Part shown: positions 55,367 through 64,000 of the stretch, piece by piece
How the letters are laid out: every line of letters starts with the position of its first letter
Numbering within the stretch: position 1 is the stretch's first letter
NCBI RefSeq assembly: GCF_965284335.1
Contig: NZ_OZ260076.1
Origin: Tabrizicola sp.
GTDB taxonomy: Bacteria > Pseudomonadota > Alphaproteobacteria > Rhodobacterales > Rhodobacteraceae
Direction: 5' to 3' (one strand)
Length of the DNA stretch: 64,000 nt
The notes under the pieces: model-generated
Seen by the model: only the letters and a program-made list of their open reading frames with translations
The model's database searches: none
What the model was told of the DNA's origin: nothing
Program-made: the position numbers and the translations under genes

Positions 55367-56449
55367 ATGGCACTTCCACTCCGCGATCAGGCGAAATACT
55401 GGGGCCTTGCCCTTTTGGTGTTTTTCCTTGCGCTTTGGGCCTTGGGCGGGGTGATCCTGCCGTTCTTGGTGGGCGGCGCGCTGGCCTATTTCCTAGACCC
55501 CGTGGCCGACCGTCTGGAACGCGCGGGCCTCAGCCGGGTTGCGGCGACAACGGTGATTACCCTCTTTGGGGTCTTGATCCTTGTCGCCCTTGTGCTGGCC
55601 GTGATCCCGACCTTGGTGAACCAGACCACCGCGCTGATCAACGCCGCCCCCGACATCGCCCAGCGCCTGCAACAGGTGCTCTTGGAGCGCTTCCCCGATC
55701 TGGCCGACAACACCTCGACCATCCGCCAAAGCCTTGCGCAAATCGGCCAGACCATCCAATCTAAAGGCGCCGCCTTGGCCGAAGGCGTGCTGACCTCGCT
55801 TGCAGGGGCCATCTCGATCGTGGTGTTCATCTTGGTCGTGCCGGTGGTGGCCTTTTACCTTCTGCTCGACTGGGACCATATGATCGCGCGCATCGACAGC
55901 CTGTTGCCGCGCGACCATGCCCCCACGGTGCGCCGCTTGGCGGCCGAGATTGACGCGGCCCTCTCGGCCTTTGTGCGCGGCCAGCTTTCGGTTTGCCTTG
56001 TGCTTGGCATCTATTACTCCGTGTCGCTGATGCTGGCGGGGCTGCAATTTGGCCTTGTGGTGGGCGCAATTGCCGGGGCCATCACCTTTATTCCCTACGT
56101 CGGTGCCATCATCGGCGGGACGCTGGCCATTGGCCTGGCGCTCTTTCAATTCTGGGGCGATTGGGTGCAGATCGGCCTCATCGCGGCGATCTTCGGCCTT
56201 GGCCAGTTTCTGGAAGGCAATGTGCTGACGCCGAAACTCGTCGGCAAATCGGTGGGCCTGCATCCGGTCTGGCTCTTGTTCGCGCTCTCGGCCTTTGGCA
56301 CGCTCTTTGGCTTTGTCGGCATGCTCATCGCGGTGCCGGTGGCGGCGGCCTTGGGCGTGCTGACGCGCTTTGCCATCGCGCAATACCACGGCAGCCTGCT
56401 TTATGTCGGCATCGCAGGGCGCATCCCCGAAGACGAGGATCAGGCGTGA
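55367..56449 (+). CDS. AI-2E family transporter (PerM/UPF0118)
   Basis: Polytopic protein of 360 aa with 'FIPYVGAIIG' and 'VGLHPVWLLFAL' typical of the family. Confidence 0.85.
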   Translation: MALPLRDQAKYWGLALLVFFLALWALGGVILPFLVGGALAYFLDPVADRLERAGLSRVAATTVITLFGVLILVALVLAVIPTLVNQTTALINAAPDIAQRLQQVLLERFPDLADNTSTIRQSLAQIGQTIQSKGAALAEGVLTSLAGAISIVVFILVVPVVAFYLLLDWDHMIARIDSLLPRDHAPTVRRLAAEIDAALSAFVRGQLSVCLVLGIYYSVSLMLAGLQFGLVVGAIAGAITFIPYVGAIIGGTLAIGLALFQFWGDWVQIGLIAAIFGLGQFLEGNVLTPKLVGKSVGLHPVWLLFALSAFGTLFGFVGMLIAVPVAAALGVLTRFAIAQYHGSLLYVGIAGRIPEDEDQA

Positions 56450-57126
56450 GCGCACCGCGCCAACTGGCCTTTGACCTTGGCCTTCAGGAAAATCTCTCGC
56501 GCGATGGCTTCTTCCCCTCAGGCGCCAATGCGGCAGGGCTGGCGGCCATTGCCGCATGGCAAGGCTGGCCCCAGCGCCGCCATCTGCTAATCGGCCCGGC
56601 GGGGGCGGGCAAGACCCATCTGGCCCATATCTGGGCCGCCGAGGCAGGTGCCGAGATCCTGCGCGCCACCACCCTGCCCCATTATGACCCCACCAGCCTG
56701 CCCACCCATCTGGTGGTGGAAGACGCCGATGAGATGGCGGGCTTGCCCGCCCACGAAGAGGCGCTCTTTCACGCGCTGAACCACCAGCTTGCCAGCGGCG
56801 GCACCCTCTTGATCACCGCCCGCACCCCGCCGCGCGATTGGGGCCTTGCCCTGCCCGATCTTCTCAGCCGCGCCCAATCCATCGCCATCGCCCGGCTGGA
56901 CGCCCCCGATGACGCGCTTTTGTCGGCGGTTTTGGTCAAACTTTTTGCCGACCGGCAAATCGCCGTGCCCCCGAACCTCATCCCCTATCTTGCCGCCCGC
57001 ATGGACCGCTCCATCGCCGCCGCGCGCCATCTGGTCGCCGCCCTTGACGCCCGCGCGCTGGCCTTGGGCCGCCCTGTCACCCGCGCCTTGGCCGCCGAAC
57101 TTCTGGACAGTCCCGATCAGGGGTGA
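56446..57126 (+). CDS. hdaA: DnaA-related regulatory protein HdaA
   Basis: GTG at 56446 overlaps the previous stop. 'QLAFDL', Walker A '[10 protein letters not shown]', 'VVEDAD', about 226 aa. Conserved position upstream of ppk. Confidence 0.8.
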   Translation: MSAPRQLAFDLGLQENLSRDGFFPSGANAAGLAAIAAWQGWPQRRHLLIGPAGAGKTHLAHIWAAEAGAEILRATTLPHYDPTSLPTHLVVEDADEMAGLPAHEEALFHALNHQLASGGTLLITARTPPRDWGLALPDLLSRAQSIAIARLDAPDDALLSAVLVKLFADRQIAVPPNLIPYLAARMDRSIAAARHLVAALDARALALGRPVTRALAAELLDSPDQG

Positions 57127-57170
57127 AACACTGTCACCTGAATGACATAGTCCCCCGGTATGCCCGCGCC

Positions 57171-59333
57171 ATGACCATCGCAGATTTCCTCAAATCCCCC
57201 TTCCCCGAGCCGGTTACGCTGACGTCGGATGACACCACCAGCCCGCGTCGGTTCTTCAACCGCGAAATCTCGTGGCTGGCCTTCAACTGGCGCGTTCTGG
57301 ACGAGGCGTCAAACCCCGCCGTCCCCCTGCTGGAACGGCTGCGCTTTTTGTCGATCTCGGCCACCAACCTTGATGAGTTTTACACCGTCCGCGTCGCGGG
57401 CCTGCGCGCGCTGGTCAAGGCGGGCAATCAGATCTTGTCCGAAGATGGCCGCAGCCCCGCCGAGCAGCTGGCCTTGATCCATGCCGATGCCCATGCCTTG
57501 ATGCAGACGCAGCAGTCCGTGTTCAAACGCCTGCGCCGCGAGATGGAGGCCGAAGGCATCGTCATCGCCACCCGCTCCAAACTGACGGGCCGCGATCTGA
57601 AGTTTTTGGAAGACCACTTCCTGCGCAACGTCTTTCCGGTCTTGTCGCCCTTGGCGATTGACCCGGCCCACCCTTTTCCCTTCATCCCCAACACCGGCTT
57701 TTCGCTGGCGCTGGAGTTAGAGCGCGAAACCGACCACCGCACGCTCAAGGCGCTGTTGCCCATCCCCCAGCAAATCGCCCGTTTTGTGCCGCTGCCGGGC
57801 AAGGATGGCGAACACCGCTTCCTGCCGCTTGAAGAACTGCTCTTGCTGCATCTCGACATGCTCTTTCCCGGCTATACCGACCGCGGCCATTGCCTGTTCC
57901 GCGTCTTGCGCGACAGCGATCTTGAGGTCGAAGACGAGGCCGAAGATCTGGTGCGCGAATTTGAAACCGCGCTGAAACGTCGCCGCCGCGGCGAGGTGAT
58001 CCGGCTGAAACTTTCCGCAGGCGCGCCGGAAGACTTGCGCGCGATGATCATGGAAGAGCTGGGCGTCACCCCCGATGAGATGGTGGAATTGCGCGGCCTT
58101 CTGGGCATTGCTGATCTCAAGGAACTTGTCCTCTCTGCCCGCCCCGACCTTCTCTGGCCGCCCTTTACCCCCCGCGTGCCCGAACGCGTGCAGGACAATG
58201 ACGGCGATATGTTCGCCGCCATCAAGCAAAAAGACATCCTTCTGCACCACCCCTATGAGACCTTCGATCTGGTCATCCGCTTTTTGGAACAGGCCGCGCG
58301 CGATCCCAATGTGCTGGCCATCAAACAAACGCTTTACCGCACCTCATGGGACAGCCCTATCGTCGGCGCGCTTTGCGAGGCGGCCGAGGCGGGCAAGTCG
58401 GTCACAGCCCTTGTCGAACTCAAGGCCCGCTTTGACGAGGCCGCCAATATCCGCCAATCGCGCCGTTTGGAACGGTCAGGCGCGCATGTGGTTTACGGCT
58501 TTATCAACTACAAAACCCACGCCAAAATCTCGACCGTGGTGCGCCGCGAGGGTGATCAGCTGGTCACCTATACCCATTACGGCACCGGCAATTACCACCC
58601 GATCACCGCACGCATTTACACCGATTTGTCGTTTTTCACCTGTGACCCGGCCTTGGGCCGCGATGCAACCAAGGTGTTCAACTACCTGTCGGGCTATGTG
58701 CAGCCGCAGGGCCTTGAGAACCTCGCCATCTCGCCCATCACCCTCAAGCCCCGCATCCTTGACCAAATCGCCGCCGAGGCCGATCACGCCCGCGCAGGCC
58801 GTCCGGCGGAAATCTGGGCCAAGGTCAACAGCCTGATCGACCCTGACGTGATCGACGCGCTTTATGCCGCCTCGCAGGCCGGGGTGAAGATCAGCCTCAT
58901 CGTGCGCGGCATTTGCGGGCTTCGTCCCGGGATCAAGGGGCTGTCGGAAAACATCCGCGTCAAATCCATCGTTGGGCGCTTTTTGGAACATTCCCGCATC
59001 GTCTGCTTTGGCAATGGCGGCGGCTTGCCCGGCAAATCGGCGCGGGTTTTCATCTCCTCCGCCGACTGGATGGGCCGCAACCTGACCCGCCGGGTGGAAA
59101 CGCTGGTCGAGATCAAGAACGACACCGTCAAAGCCCAGATCGTTGGGCAAATCATGGCCGCCAACCTCGCGGATGAGGCGCAAAGCTGGCTTCTTGGCCC
59201 CGATGGCCGCTACACCCGCGATCTGGCCCCCGCCGATGGCAGCGCCTTTAACTGCCACCGCTTTTTCATGGAAAATCCCTCGCTCTCGGGCCGTGGCACG
59301 GCGGGCGCGAAAGATGTTCCCAAACTTGCCTGA
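57171..59333 (+). CDS. ppk: polyphosphate kinase 1
   Basis: '[19 protein letters not shown]', '[15 protein letters not shown]', 'YRTS', '[12 protein letters not shown]', 'GTGNYH', '[10 protein letters not shown]'. Confidence 0.95.
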   Translation: MTIADFLKSPFPEPVTLTSDDTTSPRRFFNREISWLAFNWRVLDEASNPAVPLLERLRFLSISATNLDEFYTVRVAGLRALVKAGNQILSEDGRSPAEQLALIHADAHALMQTQQSVFKRLRREMEAEGIVIATRSKLTGRDLKFLEDHFLRNVFPVLSPLAIDPAHPFPFIPNTGFSLALELERETDHRTLKALLPIPQQIARFVPLPGKDGEHRFLPLEELLLLHLDMLFPGYTDRGHCLFRVLRDSDLEVEDEAEDLVREFETALKRRRRGEVIRLKLSAGAPEDLRAMIMEELGVTPDEMVELRGLLGIADLKELVLSARPDLLWPPFTPRVPERVQDNDGDMFAAIKQKDILLHHPYETFDLVIRFLEQAARDPNVLAIKQTLYRTSWDSPIVGALCEAAEAGKSVTALVELKARFDEAANIRQSRRLERSGAHVVYGFINYKTHAKISTVVRREGDQLVTYTHYGTGNYHPITARIYTDLSFFTCDPALGRDATKVFNYLSGYVQPQGLENLAISPITLKPRILDQIAAEADHARAGRPAEIWAKVNSLIDPDVIDALYAASQAGVKISLIVRGICGLRPGIKGLSENIRVKSIVGRFLEHSRIVCFGNGGGLPGKSARVFISSADWMGRNLTRRVETLVEIKNDTVKAQIVGQIMAANLADEAQSWLLGPDGRYTRDLAPADGSAFNCHRFFMENPSLSGRGTAGAKDVPKLA

Positions 59334-59341
59334 GGCCCGAA

Positions 59342-60895
59342 ATGACCCAAGCTGACAGCCAAATCGACCATGACGACGATCACGGCCCCTTTGGACGCCC
59401 GCTGTTTGATGACCCCTCGGCCCGCGCCCTGTCGCGCGTTGGTGTGGTCGATGTCGGGTCAAACTCGGTCCGCATGGTGGTGTTTGACGGCGCGGCCCGC
59501 TCTCCTGCCTATTTCTACAACGAAAAAATCATGTGCGGCCTTGGCAAGGGGCTGGCCCAAACCGGCCGCCTCTCGCCCGAAGGGCGCAGCCGCGCGCTGA
59601 TGGCGCTCAAGCGCTTTTCGCTTTTGGCCAAGGGCATGGGGATCGAGACGCTGACAGTTGTGGCCACCGCCGCCGTGCGCGAGGCCGAGGATGGCCCGGA
59701 ATTCCAGCTTCAGGTTCTGACCGAGACCGGGCTGAAAATGTGGGTCATCGACGGCGGCGAAGAGGCGCGACTGTCGGCCCAAGGCGTGCTTTTGGGCTGG
59801 CCCGATGCCAAGGGCATCGTCTGCGACATGGGCGGCAACTCGATGGAACTGGCGCGCATCGGCGATGGCAAGGTCGGCAAACGGGTCTCCACCGCCCTTG
59901 GTCCCTTTCGCCTGCAACAGGTGGGCGACAGCGCGCGCAAACGCATCACCCATATCGACCGTGTGCTGAAAGACGCCCAAGCCCAGATGAAATCCGAAGG
60001 CGAGCGGATCTATCTCGTCGGCGGCTCGTGGCGGGTCATCGCGCGGCTGGATATGGAGCGGCGCAATTACCCGCTTACCGTCCTGCACGAATACCGCATG
60101 ACGCCCAAGGGCCTTTTGGACACGCTCGACTGGATCGAAACCGCCGATCTTGCGGTGCTGCGCGGCCGCACCGGCACCAGCCCCGAACGGATGGAGCTTG
60201 TCCCCCTCGCCTGCGAGGTGCTGCGTGAGCTGATCCGCATCCTGAAACCCTCGGAAATCGACGTCTCGGCCTATGGCATCCGCGAGGGGCTTCTTTACGA
60301 ACAAATGCCCGAGAAACTGCGCCGCCGCGACCCCTTGATCGAAGCCGCGCGCATGTCCGAACAGACCCAAGCCCGGATGCCCGGCTTTGGCAAAAAGCTG
60401 TTCAGCTTTCTGGAACCTTTGTTCAAAGGCGCCAATGAAGAGCGGATGCGGCTGATCAAGGCGGCCTGCCTCTTGCATGACACCACATGGCGCGCCCACC
60501 CCGATTTCCGCGCCGAGGCCTGCTTTGACAATGCCACCCGCGCCAATCTGGGCGGGCTTGACCATCCGGGCCGGGTGTTTCTGGGCCTCGCCCTTCTGCA
60601 CCGCTATAAAAACAGCCGCGCAGGCTCGCGGCTGGAGCCGATGTTCCGCCTCTTGTCCGAAGATGACATCCGCGACGCCGAAGTGCTGGGCAAGGCCATG
60701 CGCTTTGGCGCGATGTTCGCCATGGGCGATCCGGGCGTGGCAGGGGAATTGGACTGGCAGCCGAAGAAAAAGATCTTGCAACTGCATCTCAGCGAAACCG
60801 GACGCGGCCTTTTTGGTGAGGTGGCGCAGGCCCGCTTTGCCTCGCTCGCTCAGGCTCTGAAAGCCAGCACGCGGGTGGTGGGTGACGGATGCTAA
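59342..60895 (+). CDS. ppx: exopolyphosphatase (Ppx/GppA family)
   Basis: 'VVDVGSNSVRMVVF', 'VATAAVREA', 'DMGGNSMEL', C-terminal HD-like region. Confidence 0.9.
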   Translation: MTQADSQIDHDDDHGPFGRPLFDDPSARALSRVGVVDVGSNSVRMVVFDGAARSPAYFYNEKIMCGLGKGLAQTGRLSPEGRSRALMALKRFSLLAKGMGIETLTVVATAAVREAEDGPEFQLQVLTETGLKMWVIDGGEEARLSAQGVLLGWPDAKGIVCDMGGNSMELARIGDGKVGKRVSTALGPFRLQQVGDSARKRITHIDRVLKDAQAQMKSEGERIYLVGGSWRVIARLDMERRNYPLTVLHEYRMTPKGLLDTLDWIETADLAVLRGRTGTSPERMELVPLACEVLRELIRILKPSEIDVSAYGIREGLLYEQMPEKLRRRDPLIEAARMSEQTQARMPGFGKKLFSFLEPLFKGANEERMRLIKAACLLHDTTWRAHPDFRAEACFDNATRANLGGLDHPGRVFLGLALLHRYKNSRAGSRLEPMFRLLSEDDIRDAEVLGKAMRFGAMFAMGDPGVAGELDWQPKKKILQLHLSETGRGLFGEVAQARFASLAQALKASTRVVGDGC

Positions 60896-61503
60896 GCTTT
60901 GACCACATCGCGATTTCGGCCAGCGATCTGGCCGAGGGCAGCGCTTGGCTTGAACAGGCGCTTGGCCTGCCCATGGCGGGGGGGGGCGAACATGCGCTGA
61001 TGGGCACGCATAACCGGCTGATGGGCATGGGCGATCTTTACCTTGAGGTGATTGCCCCCAATCCCGCCGCCCCGCGCCCCGCTTGGCCGCGTTGGTTTGA
61101 TTTAGACAATTTTTCCGGCCCAACCCGGCTGACAAACTGGGTAGCAGGTTCGAAAAATCTTATGGCCGATCTGGCCCTTTGTCCAAAAGGCATCGGCGCG
61201 CCCCTGCAATTGCAGCGCGGTGACTATCGCTGGCAAATGGCGGTGCCGCCCGATGGCAAGCTGCCCTTCGACGGCACCTTTCCCGCCCTGATCGAATGGC
61301 AAGGCAGCTTGCACCCCACACAGGCCCTGCCGGATGTTGGCCTACGCCTGACGCAGCTGGAACTTGCCCACCCGCAGGCCAGCGCCCTGCGCGCGGCCCT
61401 TGCCCCCCTTTTCCATGACCCCCGCGTCGTGATTATCGAGGGCCCGGCCAAGGCGATGCGCGCCAGCTTCACCACGCCGCATGGGGTCCGCGTGCTGGAA
61501 TGA
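60889..61503 (+). CDS. VOC/glyoxalase-like domain protein
   Basis: 'FDHIAISASDLAEG', 'GTHNRLMG.GDLYLEVIA'. Overlaps ppx and the next gene. Confidence 0.6.
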   Translation: MLSFDHIAISASDLAEGSAWLEQALGLPMAGGGEHALMGTHNRLMGMGDLYLEVIAPNPAAPRPAWPRWFDLDNFSGPTRLTNWVAGSKNLMADLALCPKGIGAPLQLQRGDYRWQMAVPPDGKLPFDGTFPALIEWQGSLHPTQALPDVGLRLTQLELAHPQASALRAALAPLFHDPRVVIIEGPAKAMRASFTTPHGVRVLE

Positions 61504-61976
61504 TCCGCCCCGCCACCGCCCTTGATGCCCCCGCCATTGCCGAGATCTGGAACCAGATCATCCGCGAGACAACCTTTACCTTCACCACCACCGAAAAAGA
61601 CCCCGCCGCGCTCGCCGCCCAGATCACCGCAGGCACGCCCTGGTGGGTGGCCTGCGTGAACGGCACCGTTCAGGGCCATGCCACCTATGGCCAGTTTCGC
61701 GGCGGCCCCGGCTATGCCCGCAGCATGGAACATTCCATCCACCTCACCCCCGCCGCCCAAGGCCAAGGCCTTGGGCGCGCGCTGATGCAGGCGCTGGAAA
61801 CCCATGCCCGCGCCCATGGCGTGCATGTCATGGTGGCGGGTGTGTCGTCGGACAACCCCGCAGGGCAGGCCTTTCACGCCCGCATGGGCTATGCCCCTTG
61901 TGGCCGGGTGATGCAGGCGGGCTACAAATGGGGTCGCTATCTCGATCTTGTCTTGATGCAGAAAATCCTGACCTGA
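61500..61976 (+). CDS. GNAT acetyltransferase (phosphinothricin-acetyltransferase-like)
   Basis: 'IRPATALDAPAIAEIWNQIIRETTFTF', 'GQGLGRALMQAL', 'GYKWGRYLDLVLMQK'. Confidence 0.8.
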   Translation: MIRPATALDAPAIAEIWNQIIRETTFTFTTTEKDPAALAAQITAGTPWWVACVNGTVQGHATYGQFRGGPGYARSMEHSIHLTPAAQGQGLGRALMQALETHARAHGVHVMVAGVSSDNPAGQAFHARMGYAPCGRVMQAGYKWGRYLDLVLMQKILT

Positions 61977-62007
61977 CAAGGCCGCGCCCAAAGGCTAAGC
62001 TGCCCCC

Positions 62008-62712
62008 ATGTCAATCTGGACCCGCATCAGCACCGCCCTATCCGCACTTGCCAAGGGCGAGCCGCTGTCGGTCGTCTTTGACCATCTGGTGGGCGCGCCC
62101 GATCCTGAACGCTCGGTCGGCTTTACCATCGCCGTCATCGCGCTTGGGGCCAAACTGGCCAAGGCCGACGGGCAGGTGACAAAAGACGAGGTCACCGCCT
62201 TTCGCCGCGTCTTCACCCTGCCGCCCGGCGAAGAGGCCAATGCCGCGCATGTCTTTAACCTTGCGCGCCAAGACGTGGCGGGCTTTGACGCCTATGCCCG
62301 CAAGATCGTGGCCATGTTCACCGATGCCGACCACCCCGACAACCGCGACCTCTTTATCGACCTGATCGAGGGCCTCTTTCACATCGCACTTGCCGATGAC
62401 ATCTTGCATGAGGACGAGGAAACCTTCCTCGCCCATACCGCCGAAATCTTCGGGCTGGACCAGCGCTGTTATCTGGCCATCCGCGCCCGCCTTGTCGAAG
62501 GCGCGGTGCGCGATCCATATGATCTGTTGGGCGTGCCGCATGATGCCACGCTGGAGCAAATCCGCGCCGCATGGAAACAGGCGGTCAAGGACAACCACCC
62601 CGATGTGATGATTGCCCGCGGCGTGCCGCCCGAGGCGGCGGTGCTGGCCGAACGGCGGTTGATTGCCATCAACGCCGCATGGGAGGAGCTGCGCCACCGG
62701 GTCGCCGCATGA
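62008..62712 (+). CDS. djlA: DjlA-like co-chaperone (TerB-like domain plus C-terminal J domain)
   Basis: 'AKADGQVTKDEVTAFRRVF' (TerB-like). J domain 'DPYDLLGVPHDATLEQIRAAWKQAVKDNHPDV'. Confidence 0.8.
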   Translation: MSIWTRISTALSALAKGEPLSVVFDHLVGAPDPERSVGFTIAVIALGAKLAKADGQVTKDEVTAFRRVFTLPPGEEANAAHVFNLARQDVAGFDAYARKIVAMFTDADHPDNRDLFIDLIEGLFHIALADDILHEDEETFLAHTAEIFGLDQRCYLAIRARLVEGAVRDPYDLLGVPHDATLEQIRAAWKQAVKDNHPDVMIARGVPPEAAVLAERRLIAINAAWEELRHRVAA

Positions 62713-63779
62713 CCGGGGCCATGCCTCCACGGCCCAGAACCCGGCCCCTGCGGCTGGCCAGCTATAACATCGAATGGTTCAACGCGCTCTTCAACGACCG
62801 CGGCCGCCTTTTGGAAGACCAAGAGCTTTCGGCCCGCTACCAAATCACCCGCGCCGACCAATTGGGTGCCATCGCCATCGTGCTGACGGCGATGGATGCC
62901 GATGGGGTGATGATCGTCGAAGGCCCGGATCAAGGCTCAAAACGCTCAACCATCAAGGCGCTGGAAAGCTTTGCCCGCCATTTTGAGCTGCGCACGCGCA
63001 AGGCGGTGCATGGCTTTGCCTCGGACACCGAACAGGAAATCGCCTTTCTCTACGACCCCGACCGCATCACCGCCACCCATGCGCCTTTGGGCGATCCGGC
63101 CCCCTCGGCCGGCGCTCCGGGTGCGCCGCGCTTTGACACCAGCCTGCGCGCCGATCTTGATATGGACGGGGTGACCGAACAGATCCGCTTTTCCAAACCC
63201 CCGCTTGAGCTGGCCGTCACCGCCGATGGCAAACCGCTGCGGCTGATCGGGGTGCATGCCAAATCCAAGGCCCCCCATGGCCAGATGAGCCAAGCACAAT
63301 TCATCCGCATCTCGATTGAAAACCGCCGCAAGCAACTGGCCGAATGCCAATGGCTGCGCCGCCGGATCGACGCCCATCTTGAGGCGGGCGACAGCCTGAT
63401 CGTGCTGGGCGATTTCAACGACGGTCCGGGGCTGGACGAATATGAAAAGCTTTTTGGCCATTCCGGCGTCGAAATCGTGCTGGGGCTGGATGGCTTGCCC
63501 GAACATCATCTGCACGATCCCCACGCCTCAATGGCCTTGTGCCAGCGCACCGGCATCGCGCCCACCACCGCCCGTTTCTGGATGGTCCCGCAAAAACGCT
63601 ATTTCGAGGCGCTGTTGGATTTCATCATGGTCTCGCCCGATCTGGCCGCGCGCAATCCCGATTGGCGCATCTGGCATCCGTTCAACGATCCCGGCGTCAT
63701 GGCCGTGCCCGAATTGCGCGATGCGCTCTTGACCGCCTCGGATCATTTTCCCGTGACACTGGACATCGACCTTGGTTGA
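62709..63779 (+). CDS. endonuclease/exonuclease/phosphatase (EEP) family protein
   Basis: ATGA overlap with djlA. 'LRLASYNIEWF', 'VMIVEGP', 'GDFNDGPG', C-terminal 'SDHFPVTLDI'. Confidence 0.8.
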   Translation: MTGAMPPRPRTRPLRLASYNIEWFNALFNDRGRLLEDQELSARYQITRADQLGAIAIVLTAMDADGVMIVEGPDQGSKRSTIKALESFARHFELRTRKAVHGFASDTEQEIAFLYDPDRITATHAPLGDPAPSAGAPGAPRFDTSLRADLDMDGVTEQIRFSKPPLELAVTADGKPLRLIGVHAKSKAPHGQMSQAQFIRISIENRRKQLAECQWLRRRIDAHLEAGDSLIVLGDFNDGPGLDEYEKLFGHSGVEIVLGLDGLPEHHLHDPHASMALCQRTGIAPTTARFWMVPQKRYFEALLDFIMVSPDLAARNPDWRIWHPFNDPGVMAVPELRDALLTASDHFPVTLDIDLG

Positions 63780-63810
63780 CCCTAGTCCCCCCCATCCCCA
63801 TATCACCCCC

Positions 63811-64000
63811 ATGACCCAGATCGCGCGCCCTCTCACCTTGGCCCTCGCCCTCTCGATGACCCCGGTCGTCCCCGGCCCCGCCAAGGCCCAAGACACCCCC
63901 ACCCCGCCCGAGGTGGAGGAAGGCTTTAGCCTGATGGAAGAAGGGGCCAAACTCTTGCTGCGCGGCCTGATGGCGGAAATGGAACCCGCGCTGGACGAGA
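63811..64000 (+). CDS. secreted hypothetical protein, 5' part only (runs off the window)
   Basis: ATG at 63811. Signal-peptide-like 'MTQIARPLTLALALSMTPVVPGPAKAQ'. The frame is open to the window end. Confidence 0.4.
   Translation, partial: MTQIARPLTLALALSMTPVVPGPAKAQDTPTPPEVEEGFSLMEEGAKLLLRGLMAEMEPALDE

Noticed and set aside
1-64000. I scanned for CRISPR arrays, tRNA/rRNA genes, prophage or integrase genes, restriction-modification systems, toxin-antitoxin pairs and known defence-system domains.
   Set aside because: I saw no regularly spaced direct repeats, no tRNA T-arm/acceptor signatures (GGTTCGAATCC-like strings occur only inside CDS or IS ends), and no helicase, nuclease, methylase or recombinase motifs apart from the IS transposases.

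Overview
This is a high-GC alphaproteobacterial chromosome segment. Gene content and order look Rhodobacterales-like: bioMNY, divergent putR/putA, proS-lolE-lolD, perM-hdaA-ppk-ppx. I cannot verify the organism without a search. All calls come from reading motifs in the supplied translations and the DNA; no database search was run.

Most of the window is ordinary core metabolism:
- an EAL phosphodiesterase and the BioMNY biotin ECF transporter
- a thiolase plus a short acyl-CoA ligase, and aroQ
- metF/metR, an L,D-transpeptidase, suhB and a rhomboid protease
- putA/putR
- a purine/ureide catabolic cluster (uraH, fused puuE-uraD, allE, allA, NCS2 permease)
- a cold-shock protein, SRP RNA, lolDE, proS, hdaA-ppk-ppx and djlA

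Three areas deserve a second look:
1. A visibly lower-GC island of about 12 kb (about 25.2-37.7 kb). It carries a decayed ABC importer, a complete IS3-family element nested against an IS21 remnant, an IS-truncated large surface-protein gene, several unrecognisable small genes beside very AT-rich DNA, and a complete but apparently orphaned type I secretion system (lipoprotein OMF, HlyB-like ABC with a Cys-less C39-like domain, HlyD-like MFP).
2. A TetR-centred divergon (about 39.0-46.9 kb). It pairs a trimethylamine-dehydrogenase-like flavoprotein that lacks the FMN-linking Cys with a non-pyrrolysine MttB-family methyltransferase. On the other side is a tightly overlapped BKACE-GNAT-deacetylase operon, with an M19 dipeptidase gene next downstream after a 96-nt gap. 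No corrinoid protein lies nearby.
3. Recurrent DNA elements: a near-identical 21-bp perfect palindrome at three sites (one inside a coding region) and several families of about 32-nt GC-rich intergenic repeats.

I saw no CRISPR array, tRNA, rRNA or recognisable defence or prophage genes.
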